In this document: positions 21,186-31,541 of the stretch, one piece after another
Layout: the number at the start of each line of letters is the position of its first letter
Numbering within the stretch: position 1 is the stretch's first letter
Origin: Thermoplasmata archaeon
GTDB lineage: Archaea; Thermoplasmatota; Thermoplasmata; GCA-020350865
Assembly: GCA_020348445.1 (NCBI GenBank)
Contig: CP070751.1
Location: 2,197,613 to 2,261,612, forward strand
Reading direction: 5' to 3'
Length of the DNA: 64,000 nt
Made by a program: the position numbers and the translations under genes
The notes under the pieces: generated by a model
Seen by the model: only the letters and a program-made list of their open reading frames with translations
The model's database searches: none
Told to the model about the DNA's origin: nothing

Positions 21186-21383
21186 CTAGGCCTTGGCCTC
21201 TGGTATGCTCATTGCCCCAACTGGGCAGACCTTTACACACGCGCTGCAGTTGGTACACTTATTATTGTCTAGATCAAGCCAGGCCTCGTACACTGTAATG
21301 CAGTCGGCGGGACAGACTGCCACGCATCCGCCACATAGCATGCACTTGTCGTATTCAAGATCCACCATTTCTCTCCCGACCAT
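21186..21383 (-). CDS. 2x[4Fe-4S] ferredoxin
   Basis: CMLCGGCVAVCP and CTNCSACVKVCP. Confidence 0.93.
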   Translation of the reverse strand: MVGREMVDLEYDKCMLCGGCVAVCPADCITVYEAWLDLDNNKCTNCSACVKVCPVGAMSIPEAKA

Positions 21384-21440
21384 AAATCGCTAATCTTATT
21401 AAAAAGGTTTGGTTTGGAGGAGGTTGAGGACACTATATAT

Positions 21441-23549
21441 TTACAATGGGACTTCCCACAAACAGTTGGTTTTTGCATGAACCCAGTATCCTCGTCCTCT
21501 TTCGAAATAATCAAACTCGCCTATTTGCTCCCATTTCTGGATTGATGCGTTATAGGTCCAGATCGCATCAACCTCCAAATCAATAGTGAGATTATTCAAG
21601 GCCAAGGTTCTTGTTCTATTGTTCAATGAAGGGTATCCAACAAGGTTCCAACCGGTTTTTAAGGTTATACTCTGATTTTTGGTGGGAATTATTCCTGAGC
21701 ATTGGAATAGCACCCCTCCAGGCTTAGTGACATGTATCCAAAATCCCATTGTGTGATCAATACTCTCTAAATCGTTCAAATGTGAGGGTTTTGAGATTTG
21801 GTGATGTTTCCAATGGTCTGAGTTATCCCTAACGTTATAACATTGAACGGCATCATACGAGCCATCTATTGAGCTCAGAACACTGCAAATATCCGTATCT
21901 GTTTGAATAAACGGTATCGATATCAGGTTCCAGCCCTCATAAAGCTGGACGCTATAACCTTGGCTCGTATCGATTGTGAAATTCCAGACCCAATTCGGGG
22001 GAGTTATGTTAAACCCATCATTTGTGTACGTGTGCCAATACCATTTGCCATCTGATAATAGAGGGGGTTTCCAGGATGTTGATGTTATCCAACCGCTATA
22101 ATATATAGTGCCGCTTTCCGCGTCGGGTTGGTCTGAGATTGTGAAGTTGAAATAGATTGTGTCGTTGTCTGGATCGAAAACAGTATCTACTTGTATATTA
22201 GGCTCATTCAAAGCTAATTTGGACCCGATTGGAGGAGAAATCGGGGTTGCCATTGGAGGTTCCCAATTTGACCTAGTGAAGTAGATATCCCAATCTCCTT
22301 TTCTGTCGTCCTGCCATACTATATAAGCATGGTTTCCTTTTGCGGCGATAGCGTTGGATGGCGTATATACAGCTGAAAAGCTTGGGCCAATGTTTATTTT
22401 CTGTTTAGGGTTAAATATAATACCACTATCTGTAGAATTTGTAAAATATATATCGCTAACATTTTCTTGGTTGGGAAAATCTTTATCCTCAAGCCATGTC
22501 ACAAATATTTTTCCCTCATCGCTAACTGCGATTGAAGGATGAAATTGAGCTTCATCTAGAAAATCCTCACTAACTTGTACACTAGAAGAAAAGTAATCTC
22601 CTCCATCACTAGAATTTGTAAAATATATATCCCAATCCCCATCTTTTTTATCTCGCCATACAACATAAATATTATCATTTGAATCTAACGCAATATCTGG
22701 CATTCTTTGACCTTCACTTAAGGCATCATCATCTACCTTTTTGCTTGGAGCCCAAGTATTGCCACCATCAAGAGATTTTGAGAAGTGTATTCGCGTTTCT
22801 CCACTAGGATTATCTTCCCATACCACATATATGATTCCTTTACTATCTATTGCTATTTTAGAATAATAAATAATACTCCCAAGAACATCATTTACTCTTT
22901 TGTTTTCTCCAAATGTGTTACCTCCATCCGTGGAATTGGCAAAATAAATACCACCTCTTTGATCTTCCCATGTTATCCCAATAAAACCATTACGGGCTGC
23001 AATGGAAGGAACATTCTGCCAATTATTACCAGTTTCATCGATTACTCTTTTATTAATACCGAAGGAATTCCCGCCATCAGTTGAATTTGCACAATAAATA
23101 TCTATGCTATAGGGATCTGGGGAATTACGATAGTCTTGCCATACAATAAATATGTTACCGTTACTTTCATCTAAAGCCATGGAAGGATTTGTAGCTGCAC
23201 CTATTGGAGCATTGTCTACCCGAACGTTAGTCTGAAAAGACTTTCCATTATCTGTCGATTTTGCAAAAAATATATTAGTATTATGGATTCCACTTAATCT
23301 ATTGTCTTCCCACACTACATATATTTCGTTACCATGTATCGCAATATCGGGTCTAGTTTGATTAGTAATACCAAATTTTGTATCATCTACACGAATATTA
23401 TTACCAAAGTTTTCAGCTTGAATAACTAAGGGTATAGAAATGAATGGAAGTTGTGAAATAAAAATTAATGCAGATATACTAATGATAATTATGATTCTTT
23501 GATAACAGTTTTGTCTTAGTTGCTTTAAATTGGGCATATATATCGCCAA
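21441..23549 (-). CDS. Secreted Asp-box (BNR/sialidase-like) beta-propeller protein with C-terminal module X
   Basis: Signal-like hydrophobic N-terminus; six Asp-boxes (STDNGKSF, STDGGNSF, STDGGNTF, SLDGGNTW, SSDGGDYF, STDSGIIF); ends GWNLISIP..GWNLVGYP..GRGYWVH..WEVPL. Exact start uncertain. Confidence 0.8.
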   Translation of the reverse strand: MAIYMPNLKQLRQNCYQRIIIIISISALIFISQLPFISIPLVIQAENFGNNIRVDDTKFGITNQTRPDIAIHGNEIYVVWEDNRLSGIHNTNIFFAKSTDNGKSFQTNVRVDNAPIGAATNPSMALDESNGNIFIVWQDYRNSPDPYSIDIYCANSTDGGNSFGINKRVIDETGNNWQNVPSIAARNGFIGITWEDQRGGIYFANSTDGGNTFGENKRVNDVLGSIIYYSKIAIDSKGIIYVVWEDNPSGETRIHFSKSLDGGNTWAPSKKVDDDALSEGQRMPDIALDSNDNIYVVWRDKKDGDWDIYFTNSSDGGDYFSSSVQVSEDFLDEAQFHPSIAVSDEGKIFVTWLEDKDFPNQENVSDIYFTNSTDSGIIFNPKQKINIGPSFSAVYTPSNAIAAKGNHAYIVWQDDRKGDWDIYFTRSNWEPPMATPISPPIGSKLALNEPNIQVDTVFDPDNDTIYFNFTISDQPDAESGTIYYSGWITSTSWKPPLLSDGKWYWHTYTNDGFNITPPNWVWNFTIDTSQGYSVQLYEGWNLISIPFIQTDTDICSVLSSIDGSYDAVQCYNVRDNSDHWKHHQISKPSHLNDLESIDHTMGFWIHVTKPGGVLFQCSGIIPTKNQSITLKTGWNLVGYPSLNNRTRTLALNNLTIDLEVDAIWTYNASIQKWEQIGEFDYFERGRGYWVHAKTNCLWEVPL

Positions 23550-23659
23550 TAGATAGTAATATGGGATGAACTTTTCTTAAAGTTTTTGATGAATCTAAAC
23601 TCGTTTAACCCATTATCATATTCTTCATTTTATCTACAAATTAATTATTACTCGAATAG

Positions 23660-25840
23660 TTAGAATTTGCTTGTTGAAAAAGGAATGTAATCGACATAGT
23701 CTGAAACTCTATCACCGTCGTCACTTGGACCTTCTCCTGATGGTCCTTCGTCATCGTTCCACCAATTATTCTCCGCATTAATTGTATTAGTATCATCATT
23801 ATAAACCCCATACCCTGGCCCACTAGCCCCACCTCCATTATTGCATATATTGTTGTAGTTAATTACAGGGTCACTCCCGCCTCTACTAAATACACCATAA
23901 TCGGTATTATTCTCAATATCATTGTAGGTTATAGACGGATCACTATTACCTGCACAATGAATGCCTTCATCGTCATTCCATACTATCATATTATCTTTAA
24001 TACTTAGGTCATTATAACTTGTACATTTAATCCCTGCTTGACCATTCCATCCTATAACGTTTTTGTAAATTATATCATCATAGGCCATATCATCCAGATG
24101 GAGTCCATCGTGGATATTCGATGATATATTGCACTTAGAGATATTATTATTCGATGATGAATACAGGTAGAATCCGAAGTCATTTTTTGTGATAACACAC
24201 TTTGCTATTTTGTTATTTGAGGACCAAAGCCAGATACCATAATAATTACTCGATGATATAAAGCAGCTAAATATATCATTCCAACTAGATTGATATAGAA
24301 AGACACCATAATAATCGTTATTCGACAGATTGCTGTTTGTAATATTATTATTAGATGAAAAATAGAAACTAATACCATAATAGTTATTTGATACGTTACA
24401 ATTTTTAATAATGTTATTCGAGCAAAATGTTAGATAGATGCCATACTCTTGGTTTATGGAGACATGATTATCTATAAGGTTATTCCAATCAGAATAACTG
24501 AATACAATGCCCTTTTTGTTATTGGAAATGTTATTGCTTGATATTTTATTCCCATCACCTATTAGATCGATACCTGTATCACTATTTAAGGATATTGTAT
24601 TGTTTGTGATGTTATTATTTGAACCTGACCCGAGTATACCATATGTATTGTTTGAGATGGAGTTATTTATGATCTTATTCCCATTACAATAACCATCCAA
24701 AACGATACCCACACCATTATTTGAAGAAATTATATTGTTTGATATATTGTTATATAATGAATTGTAAAGATAGATTCCAGATGCCCCTGGATAGTATCCA
24801 TTATAATCATTATTTGATATATTACTGTTCACAATTGTATGATTTGGATATATATACAAAATTATTCCTAATTCGTTATCATTTGCTGTTACATTATCTA
24901 TATGCGTATAATTTGAATAAGCAACCAATACACCTTGGCCGTTTTGAGTTAAAGTCAAGTTTTCAGCTGTTATATTTGTTGAGTTAACAATGCCCACATA
25001 ACCTGCATAAAAGGGAATAGACTCGTCATCGTGCTCGTGATTCCTCCAGTAAAAGATAGGTTTATCGTTCACTGTATTCGTTGTGTCAATGTCATGGTTG
25101 AATTCAGATAAGTGATCTCCCCAAACTCCGAAGTTATAAGTGCTGTTGTCAATATTGTTATATCTCAATCGAGCATCGGAGACATCGTAGAACACGATGC
25201 CGCGTTTTGTATTGTTGTAGACGGTATTGTTCTGGATGTTCGCATATCCACCCCCAGGGTCGTTCCCATTAAAGTGCATACCTTCTTCAGTGCAGTTCTC
25301 TATGATGTTGTTCTCGATTGTTGGAGAGCCATGATTCGAATAGATCCCGTAAGTGCAGTTTCTGATCGTGCAATTTCGGATCAAAGGGGACGCTCTCTCC
25401 AACCGCACACCATAGGTAGCATATTCGATCACTGAATATCGGATTGAAGAGTAATCATAGCTCGAATCCTCGAACTCAATACCATACCAGCAACCCGGGC
25501 ATGGTGCCCCTAAATCGGAATTCCAAGAAAATAGAGCATAATTTCTTTGAGATATGCCCTGTACGATCCAAATTATTGCTCCCTCTTCTACATATATACC
25601 AAAAGAACCATTGAATAAAACATCCACACCGATTTCAATTGTTAGGTTCGCACCATTGACTACAAATACATCATCCACAACCCAATATGGACTACCTTCT
25701 ATGTCCCAAGTTGTATCACTATCGATAGGGCCGCCCACAACAGTACCAGCGCTGGCCCTTGGAGATGTTGCCACCAAAAAGGTCAAAGCAGTTATCATCA
25801 CAATATTCGCGCACACGAATAATTTGGTCAATTTCCTCAT
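23660..25840 (-). CDS. Secreted right-handed parallel beta-helix (NosD/CASH-like) protein, no X/Y tail
   Basis: Signal peptide ending ASA; many N-I-S-x-N-x-x-G-I repeats; ENNWW cap near the C-terminus. Confidence 0.85.
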   Translation of the reverse strand: MRKLTKLFVCANIVMITALTFLVATSPRASAGTVVGGPIDSDTTWDIEGSPYWVVDDVFVVNGANLTIEIGVDVLFNGSFGIYVEEGAIIWIVQGISQRNYALFSWNSDLGAPCPGCWYGIEFEDSSYDYSSIRYSVIEYATYGVRLERASPLIRNCTIRNCTYGIYSNHGSPTIENNIIENCTEEGMHFNGNDPGGGYANIQNNTVYNNTKRGIVFYDVSDARLRYNNIDNSTYNFGVWGDHLSEFNHDIDTTNTVNDKPIFYWRNHEHDDESIPFYAGYVGIVNSTNITAENLTLTQNGQGVLVAYSNYTHIDNVTANDNELGIILYIYPNHTIVNSNISNNDYNGYYPGASGIYLYNSLYNNISNNIISSNNGVGIVLDGYCNGNKIINNSISNNTYGILGSGSNNNITNNTISLNSDTGIDLIGDGNKISSNNISNNKKGIVFSYSDWNNLIDNHVSINQEYGIYLTFCSNNIIKNCNVSNNYYGISFYFSSNNNITNSNLSNNDYYGVFLYQSSWNDIFSCFISSSNYYGIWLWSSNNKIAKCVITKNDFGFYLYSSSNNNISKCNISSNIHDGLHLDDMAYDDIIYKNVIGWNGQAGIKCTSYNDLSIKDNMIVWNDDEGIHCAGNSDPSITYNDIENNTDYGVFSRGGSDPVINYNNICNNGGGASGPGYGVYNDDTNTINAENNWWNDDEGPSGEGPSDDGDRVSDYVDYIPFSTSKF

Positions 25841-26134
25841 ATCCTTTCCTCCTATCTTTTTGATTTAATTAAACCGAAGGCATGCGAAAATAGGGAAGAT
25901 CCACTACAATGAACCGTTTCATTCCTAAAGTGACTCTCTTCACTCTCTATAATCGCTTACCCTAAGTTGTATCTCCAAAAGCTTATTGTCTTCAAAATAT
26001 TTAAGTTTATTGTTAAATTTTTATTATAAGATAATTATTATATTTTTTTTTTAACTTTTTCTTAATATTTTTATTGAAATTATATAATTGCTGTTAGATA
26101 TTAACAATGACTTAAAATATTTTATATTTATTAT

Positions 26135-27844
26135 TTATAGCGGTACTTCCCAGACAACTTCAGCCTTTGCATGTATATAATAACCTCTTCCGATCTCAAA
26201 ATAATCTGATTCACTTATTTTCTCATATTTTTGTGTGGTTGAATTATAGGTCCAGATCGCATCGACATCAGATGGGAAATCGATATTGTTCAAGGCCTCG
26301 GTTCTGATTTTGTTACTAAGGGAGGGATAGCCAACCATGTTCCAACCTGGGTGTAAAGCAAAGTTCTGGTTCTCAGTCAGTCTGGTTCCATTATAGAAGA
26401 AGATCGTATCCCCAGGCTGGGTAATGTGTACCCAGAAGCCCATGGATTCATTTAACTCTAAAAGATCATTTCCATAGGATTTGCCTACCTTGTAATGCTT
26501 CCATGGATCAAATGAATCTCTTGGATCATACCATTGCACTGCATCATAATCCCCATCTATGAACTCAAGAACTTTTATTAGACTTTGGTCCTGTTGAATC
26601 AATGGTATGGAAATCAGATTCCATCCTTGCTTTAACATCATGAAGTTCTCAGATGTTGGTAACCCGAAAGGTTTAATCAGGGGATACTGGTCTTGGGAAT
26701 TGCCAATTAAGTATGGATTCTTTCCACCAGATGGAAGTCCCTGATCCACAATACCATCGTATCCTAGAATATTCTGATTCCCTCCTTTAAATTCGTCAAA
26801 AGCCCCTTCACCGGGGTCGTCGAAATCAGACCAGTAATTTCCCCCGCTTGGATAACCATTATGCCATTGATTGCCATTGTCAGTTGCGTCCGAACCCTGC
26901 CAAACGTTCTCTATTATATTATTGTGATATACTCTGTTGCCGATGCAATTCGAATCCATGAAATCGATGCCGTAATCATTATCTGATATGGTATTACCAA
27001 TGACATCGTTGTTGTTGCAATATTCGAAAAAAAGTACACCATGCTCGCCTCCAGATGCGATGTTACCGAAGATATAGTTGCCATCAGAATTATCCCAGAT
27101 AAAGATGCCGTACCACCCATAACCAGTGACGTTGTTTCCATAGATGTCGTTATTGCTGGATGAAACTAGACATATACCATCCCGGGTGTTCCCCAAAACT
27201 GCATTACATGTGATGTTATTCCAATTGGAAATATCTAATACTATACCCTCATCGCTATTTGAGTTTACTTTATTATCATAGATATAATTGTTATTTGAGG
27301 AACGGACACACATGCCATAATAGTTATTTGAAGCACTATTACCTATAATGTCGTTCCAGTTTGAAGATATGAGATAAATGCCATAAAGACCATTTGAGGA
27401 CACGATATTACCAGAAACCTTGCAATTCCCGACATTATTGAGCTCTATCCCAGAGTCTCCTGTAATGGGTCCTCCTCCAGTCATTTTAAACCCACTCACA
27501 TTTACCCAATCCGCATTTATAATAACTGCATCACCGCTCCCTCCACCATTGATAATAGTTGAATTTTTATCTTCTCCTATAAGTTTGATCATCTTATTTA
27601 CATCAACATTTTCAGTATATGTGCCATTATAAACAAAAACCGTATCACCGGGATCAGCTGCAATGATACCCTCTTGTATCGTAGATTTGTTATCAGGTCC
27701 ACTACCACCCACATAAATTGTTGCCCCTCCTGCAGGTTGTATGAGTCTAAAATTTATATTCACCATACTGAAAAAGGTTATGATAATTAATAAACAGATT
27801 ATGATAGATGAGAATCTCTTTTTCCTCATTTTGTCGCCCTTCAT
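26135..27844 (-). CDS. Secreted parallel beta-helix protein with C-terminal module X
   Basis: Signal peptide; TIQEGI..GDTVFVYNGTY head; GGNYWSD..DQYPL cap; GWNL..WEVPL tail. Confidence 0.88.
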   Translation of the reverse strand: MKGDKMRKKRFSSIIICLLIIITFFSMVNINFRLIQPAGGATIYVGGSGPDNKSTIQEGIIAADPGDTVFVYNGTYTENVDVNKMIKLIGEDKNSTIINGGGSGDAVIINADWVNVSGFKMTGGGPITGDSGIELNNVGNCKVSGNIVSSNGLYGIYLISSNWNDIIGNSASNNYYGMCVRSSNNNYIYDNKVNSNSDEGIVLDISNWNNITCNAVLGNTRDGICLVSSSNNDIYGNNVTGYGWYGIFIWDNSDGNYIFGNIASGGEHGVLFFEYCNNNDVIGNTISDNDYGIDFMDSNCIGNRVYHNNIIENVWQGSDATDNGNQWHNGYPSGGNYWSDFDDPGEGAFDEFKGGNQNILGYDGIVDQGLPSGGKNPYLIGNSQDQYPLIKPFGLPTSENFMMLKQGWNLISIPLIQQDQSLIKVLEFIDGDYDAVQWYDPRDSFDPWKHYKVGKSYGNDLLELNESMGFWVHITQPGDTIFFYNGTRLTENQNFALHPGWNMVGYPSLSNKIRTEALNNIDFPSDVDAIWTYNSTTQKYEKISESDYFEIGRGYYIHAKAEVVWEVPL

Positions 27845-27998
27845 ATAAATTATTTATAAATCTTATATAAGAGCTTTGTGTAGCAAAAATACAAATATAT
27901 TTATGAAAAATACTATCGAATTAGAGGCCATTTAACGGCTCAGTTCTATCTGGATAATTGGATAAGCTTATTTACCCCTGCTTCCTATTGCATTTTAG

Positions 27999-28751
27999 AT
28001 GAAGATAATAGGCATCCTAACCTCTGACTTCCGCATTTATTACGACCTCATCAAATGTCTCAAAAAAAGAGACTTACCCTTTGCCAGCCTCTCCTTGGAC
28101 GAGCCCATTCCCGTGAACATTGGTGTCATTATCACAACAAAGGACGAGGAGGACAAAATCGATTTTCCGCACCTTGTCTTGGCTGAACCCGACATTGAAC
28201 TCACAATCGACATTGCCCTAAGAACCATGAAAGGCAAGGAAAAATTCAGGAAATTGATGATTGGAATCGACCCTGGAAAAAGGCCTGGCTTGGCTGTAAT
28301 AGGTGATGGAGAGATACTCACTACAGCCCAAGTTTCCTCGCCAGAGAAGGTAAGTTCAGTGGTTAAGAGGGCCATAAAGTCCTACCCAGCAGAGGACATG
28401 GTCGTGAGAATCGGCCACGGGGATACGACCCACAGAAACAGGATCATAAACTCCCTCTCAAAGTTCGGCCTTAAGGTGGAAATCTCGGATGAATCAAGGA
28501 CCACCAGAATATCTGACACTCCTGATATAGACGCTGCAATTGATATCGCATTAAAAAGCGGTGTCACTGCCAAAAAATCGTACAAGGTGGAACCCACAGA
28601 AGGTGAACTTCGGGACATACAGAGAAGGAGCAGAATCGAAAGCAAGGGAAGGGTGACAATTTCCATGGCAGAGGCAAAAAAGGTGGCAAAAGGAGAGCTG
28701 ACACTAAAGGAGGCTATAAAGAGATCTGAAAAAAACACTAAATTGGAATAA
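27999..28751 (+). CDS. Conserved hypothetical protein with an RNase H-like (YqgF/RuvC-like) segment
   Basis: IGIDPGKRPGLAV..ISDESRTT..DIDAA matches the acidic-residue pattern of this fold. Confidence 0.6.
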   Translation: MKIIGILTSDFRIYYDLIKCLKKRDLPFASLSLDEPIPVNIGVIITTKDEEDKIDFPHLVLAEPDIELTIDIALRTMKGKEKFRKLMIGIDPGKRPGLAVIGDGEILTTAQVSSPEKVSSVVKRAIKSYPAEDMVVRIGHGDTTHRNRIINSLSKFGLKVEISDESRTTRISDTPDIDAAIDIALKSGVTAKKSYKVEPTEGELRDIQRRSRIESKGRVTISMAEAKKVAKGELTLKEAIKRSEKNTKLE

Positions 28752-28810
28752 CAGGCAAAAATTTATGAATTATTTGAGGTATAATACCAGTTGAGGAGGC
28801 AAAATCTAAG

Positions 28811-29248
28811 ATGAACAGGTACCACATCTTGGCCGTCATTTTCCTTATTTGCGGCATAGCTGCAATAGGATACAGCGTGGTATCTGGTGAAGGCAGTGCG
28901 GGCGTTATAGTATTTATTCCAGTTTTTTATGGTTCAGGTTTGTTTTCTTTTCTAGGAGTACTTTGTATAATGGCCGCAATTTTCTTTGGATTCTTTGGAT
29001 TTGCCCAATCTGCTGTGGGTTCAGAGGATTTAAATGGTGAACATGAACCTCGAACATCACAACCGTATTCCCAAAATCAGCGAGCCCAACCCAGGGTCCA
29101 GAAAACCGTAAAAGGTGGGGGAGTGGTGCTCATAGGGCCCATACCAGTGGTATTTGGGTCAGATGCAAAAACCGCCATGATATTGATAATTCTGGCTATA
29201 ATTCTCATCGTTGCAGTTGCCATTCTTTTTTATTCAAGCTGGTTTTAA
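28811..29248 (+). CDS. DUF131 / TIGR00304-like membrane protein
   Basis: GGVVLIGPIPVVFGSD signature followed by a TM helix. Confidence 0.85.
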   Translation: MNRYHILAVIFLICGIAAIGYSVVSGEGSAGVIVFIPVFYGSGLFSFLGVLCIMAAIFFGFFGFAQSAVGSEDLNGEHEPRTSQPYSQNQRAQPRVQKTVKGGGVVLIGPIPVVFGSDAKTAMILIILAIILIVAVAILFYSSWF

Positions 29249-29309
29249 AAAGAAACCTACTTAAAGGAATGAATCCATTCCCAAACTCCTTACGTTGAGG
29301 GTGAATAAC

Positions 29310-30683
29310 ATGTTAAACAAGGTTTTAGTAGCAAACAGGGGCGAGATTGCGGTGAGAATCATGAGGGCCTGCAGGGAACTTGGAATCAGCACAGTGGCAG
29401 TGTATTCTGAAGCTGACCGCGAAGCCATGTTCGCAAAATATGCCGATGAGAGCCACTTCATAGGACCCCCTCCACCCCTTCAAAGCTATCTTAACATGGA
29501 CGCGATAATAGAAGTGGCACTTAAAACAAAAGCAGAGGCCATACATCCTGGATACGGTTTTCTTGCCGAAAACGACAAGTTCTCTGATATGGTGGAGAAA
29601 AATGGCCTCGTTTTCATAGGACCCACGGGCCAGAATATCAGGGAGATGGGGGACAAGATTTTCTCAAAGAGGACCATGAAGTCCTCGGGTGTACCTGTGG
29701 TTCCGGGAACAGAGGAGGGCATACAGGACGTTGAAAAGGCAAAGGATGTTGCCCATGAAATTGGGTATCCAGTGATTCTAAAAGCATCGGGTGGGGGAGG
29801 TGGAATCGGTATGAAGATAGTGGACAATGAAAATGATTTAATTGAAGCTATAGAATCCACAAAGAGGGTGGCTAAATCCGCCTTTGGTGATGAATCAGTT
29901 CTTCTTGAAAAATACTTGGATGAACCGCGTCATGTTGAGTATCAGATAATTGCCGACAATAAGGGCAATGTAATTCATGTGAGAGAAAGGGAATGCTCTG
30001 TTCAGAGAAGACACCAGAAGTTGATTGAGGAGACTCCATCATGCGTTATGACAGAAGAACTTAGAGAAAAAATGGGTGAGGCTGCAACCCAAGCTGCAAA
30101 GGCTGTTTCTTACAGGAATGCAGGCACTGTGGAGTTCATGTACTCGAAGGGTAATTTCTACTTCTTGGAGATGAACACCAGGCTTCAGGTTGAGCATCCC
30201 ATCACAGAGATGATAACTGGTGTTGATTTGGCAAAGGAGCAGCTCAGAGTTGCTTCAGGTTTGGACCTCCAGTACGCCCAAGAGGATATCACTGGCCAGG
30301 GATGGGCATTCGAATGCAGGATATGTGCCGAGGATCCAGAGAACAATTTCTTCCCCTCGCCTGGTAAGATCGTGGAATACAAAGAGCCCGCCGGGCCTGG
30401 CATCAGGGTGGACAGCGGTGTTTATGCAGGTTTTGATGTGCCACCTTTTTATGATTCACTGCTTTCGAAGCTGATAGTATGGGGCAGGGACAGAAACGAG
30501 GCAATCAAAAGAATGAAGCGTGCTTTATGGGAGTACGAGATCACAGGAATAAAGACGAACATACCATTTCATGAGGTGGTTCTTGATAACGAGTTTTTTG
30601 TGAAGGGGGACTACACGACACATTTTATCAAGGAGCGCAACATTTTAGACGAGGTAAAACGGTATTTGGAATCAGGAAAATGA
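29310..30683 (+). CDS. accC: Biotin carboxylase subunit (AccC/PycA type)
   Basis: VLVANRGEIA, HPGYGFLAEN, KASGGGGGIGM, RECSVQRRHQK, EMNTRLQVEHP. ATG at 29310 follows GAGGGTGA. Confidence 0.93.
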   Translation: MLNKVLVANRGEIAVRIMRACRELGISTVAVYSEADREAMFAKYADESHFIGPPPPLQSYLNMDAIIEVALKTKAEAIHPGYGFLAENDKFSDMVEKNGLVFIGPTGQNIREMGDKIFSKRTMKSSGVPVVPGTEEGIQDVEKAKDVAHEIGYPVILKASGGGGGIGMKIVDNENDLIEAIESTKRVAKSAFGDESVLLEKYLDEPRHVEYQIIADNKGNVIHVRERECSVQRRHQKLIEETPSCVMTEELREKMGEAATQAAKAVSYRNAGTVEFMYSKGNFYFLEMNTRLQVEHPITEMITGVDLAKEQLRVASGLDLQYAQEDITGQGWAFECRICAEDPENNFFPSPGKIVEYKEPAGPGIRVDSGVYAGFDVPPFYDSLLSKLIVWGRDRNEAIKRMKRALWEYEITGIKTNIPFHEVVLDNEFFVKGDYTTHFIKERNILDEVKRYLESGK

Positions 30684-30746
30684 AATGACTTAAATCGACA
30701 CCTGATAACCTATAATAATCCCTAATTCATTCCAGAAAAAGATATA

Positions 30747-31496
30747 ATGGGTGATTTGAAATTCTATGAGGATTACTGGCGGGATAAAAAAGCCGATGTC
30801 GTAGATAGAGACGCCATCTGGAAGGCAAAGATGCTGCTTTTGGTCATTTCAAAGAAAAAATACAAAGTAGTTGCAGAGATGGGATGCGGAATCGGGGTGG
30901 TCCTTGATATCGTGGCAAATGAACTTGGTGCCACCCATAAAATCGGTTTGGAGATATCTAAAGAGGCCCTTCTTAAAGCAAGGCAACTCGATCCTCAAAT
31001 GTCATGCATTCAGGCAGATGTAATGAAATCGCCCATTAAAGACCATTCCCTGGATCTTGTGATCCTGAGCGACATTTTGGAGCATCTGCAAAATCCTGCC
31101 GAGTTTCTTACAAATACAAGCAACCTTACAAAATATATGGCAATGAACATCCCCATTGAAAAATCACTGTTTCCAAAGCTGTTCGAGAAATTAGCTGGAT
31201 TGGAGAATCAAATAGAATCAGGGAAACACAAGGCAGGGCATCTTTTCGAGTGGACTAAAAAGGAGGTGGAGAAATTGCTTGATGATGCAAATCTCAAGAT
31301 AATTAGATCAATGCTCATTCGGCCTCCAGATGAATTTTTCAAATCATCACAAGAGAAAAAGAAATCCCATATTCTCGGGAGTGCATCTGAATTTTCCCTG
31401 GTGAATTTGGAGATAATCTCATATGGATTATCTGAGAACCTTCACTCCCGTATGTTCCACACCAAATACTTTGCTTTTGTCGAAACCAGGCGGTAG
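30747..31496 (+). CDS. Class I SAM-dependent methyltransferase
   Basis: VAEMGCGIG motif I; DILEHL. Confidence 0.85.
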   Translation: MGDLKFYEDYWRDKKADVVDRDAIWKAKMLLLVISKKKYKVVAEMGCGIGVVLDIVANELGATHKIGLEISKEALLKARQLDPQMSCIQADVMKSPIKDHSLDLVILSDILEHLQNPAEFLTNTSNLTKYMAMNIPIEKSLFPKLFEKLAGLENQIESGKHKAGHLFEWTKKEVEKLLDDANLKIIRSMLIRPPDEFFKSSQEKKKSHILGSASEFSLVNLEIISYGLSENLHSRMFHTKYFAFVETRR

Positions 31497-31541
31497 GGAA
31501 AGCTATATCAAGGAAAAAGTATTGCCCTTCTCAGTGCTAAG

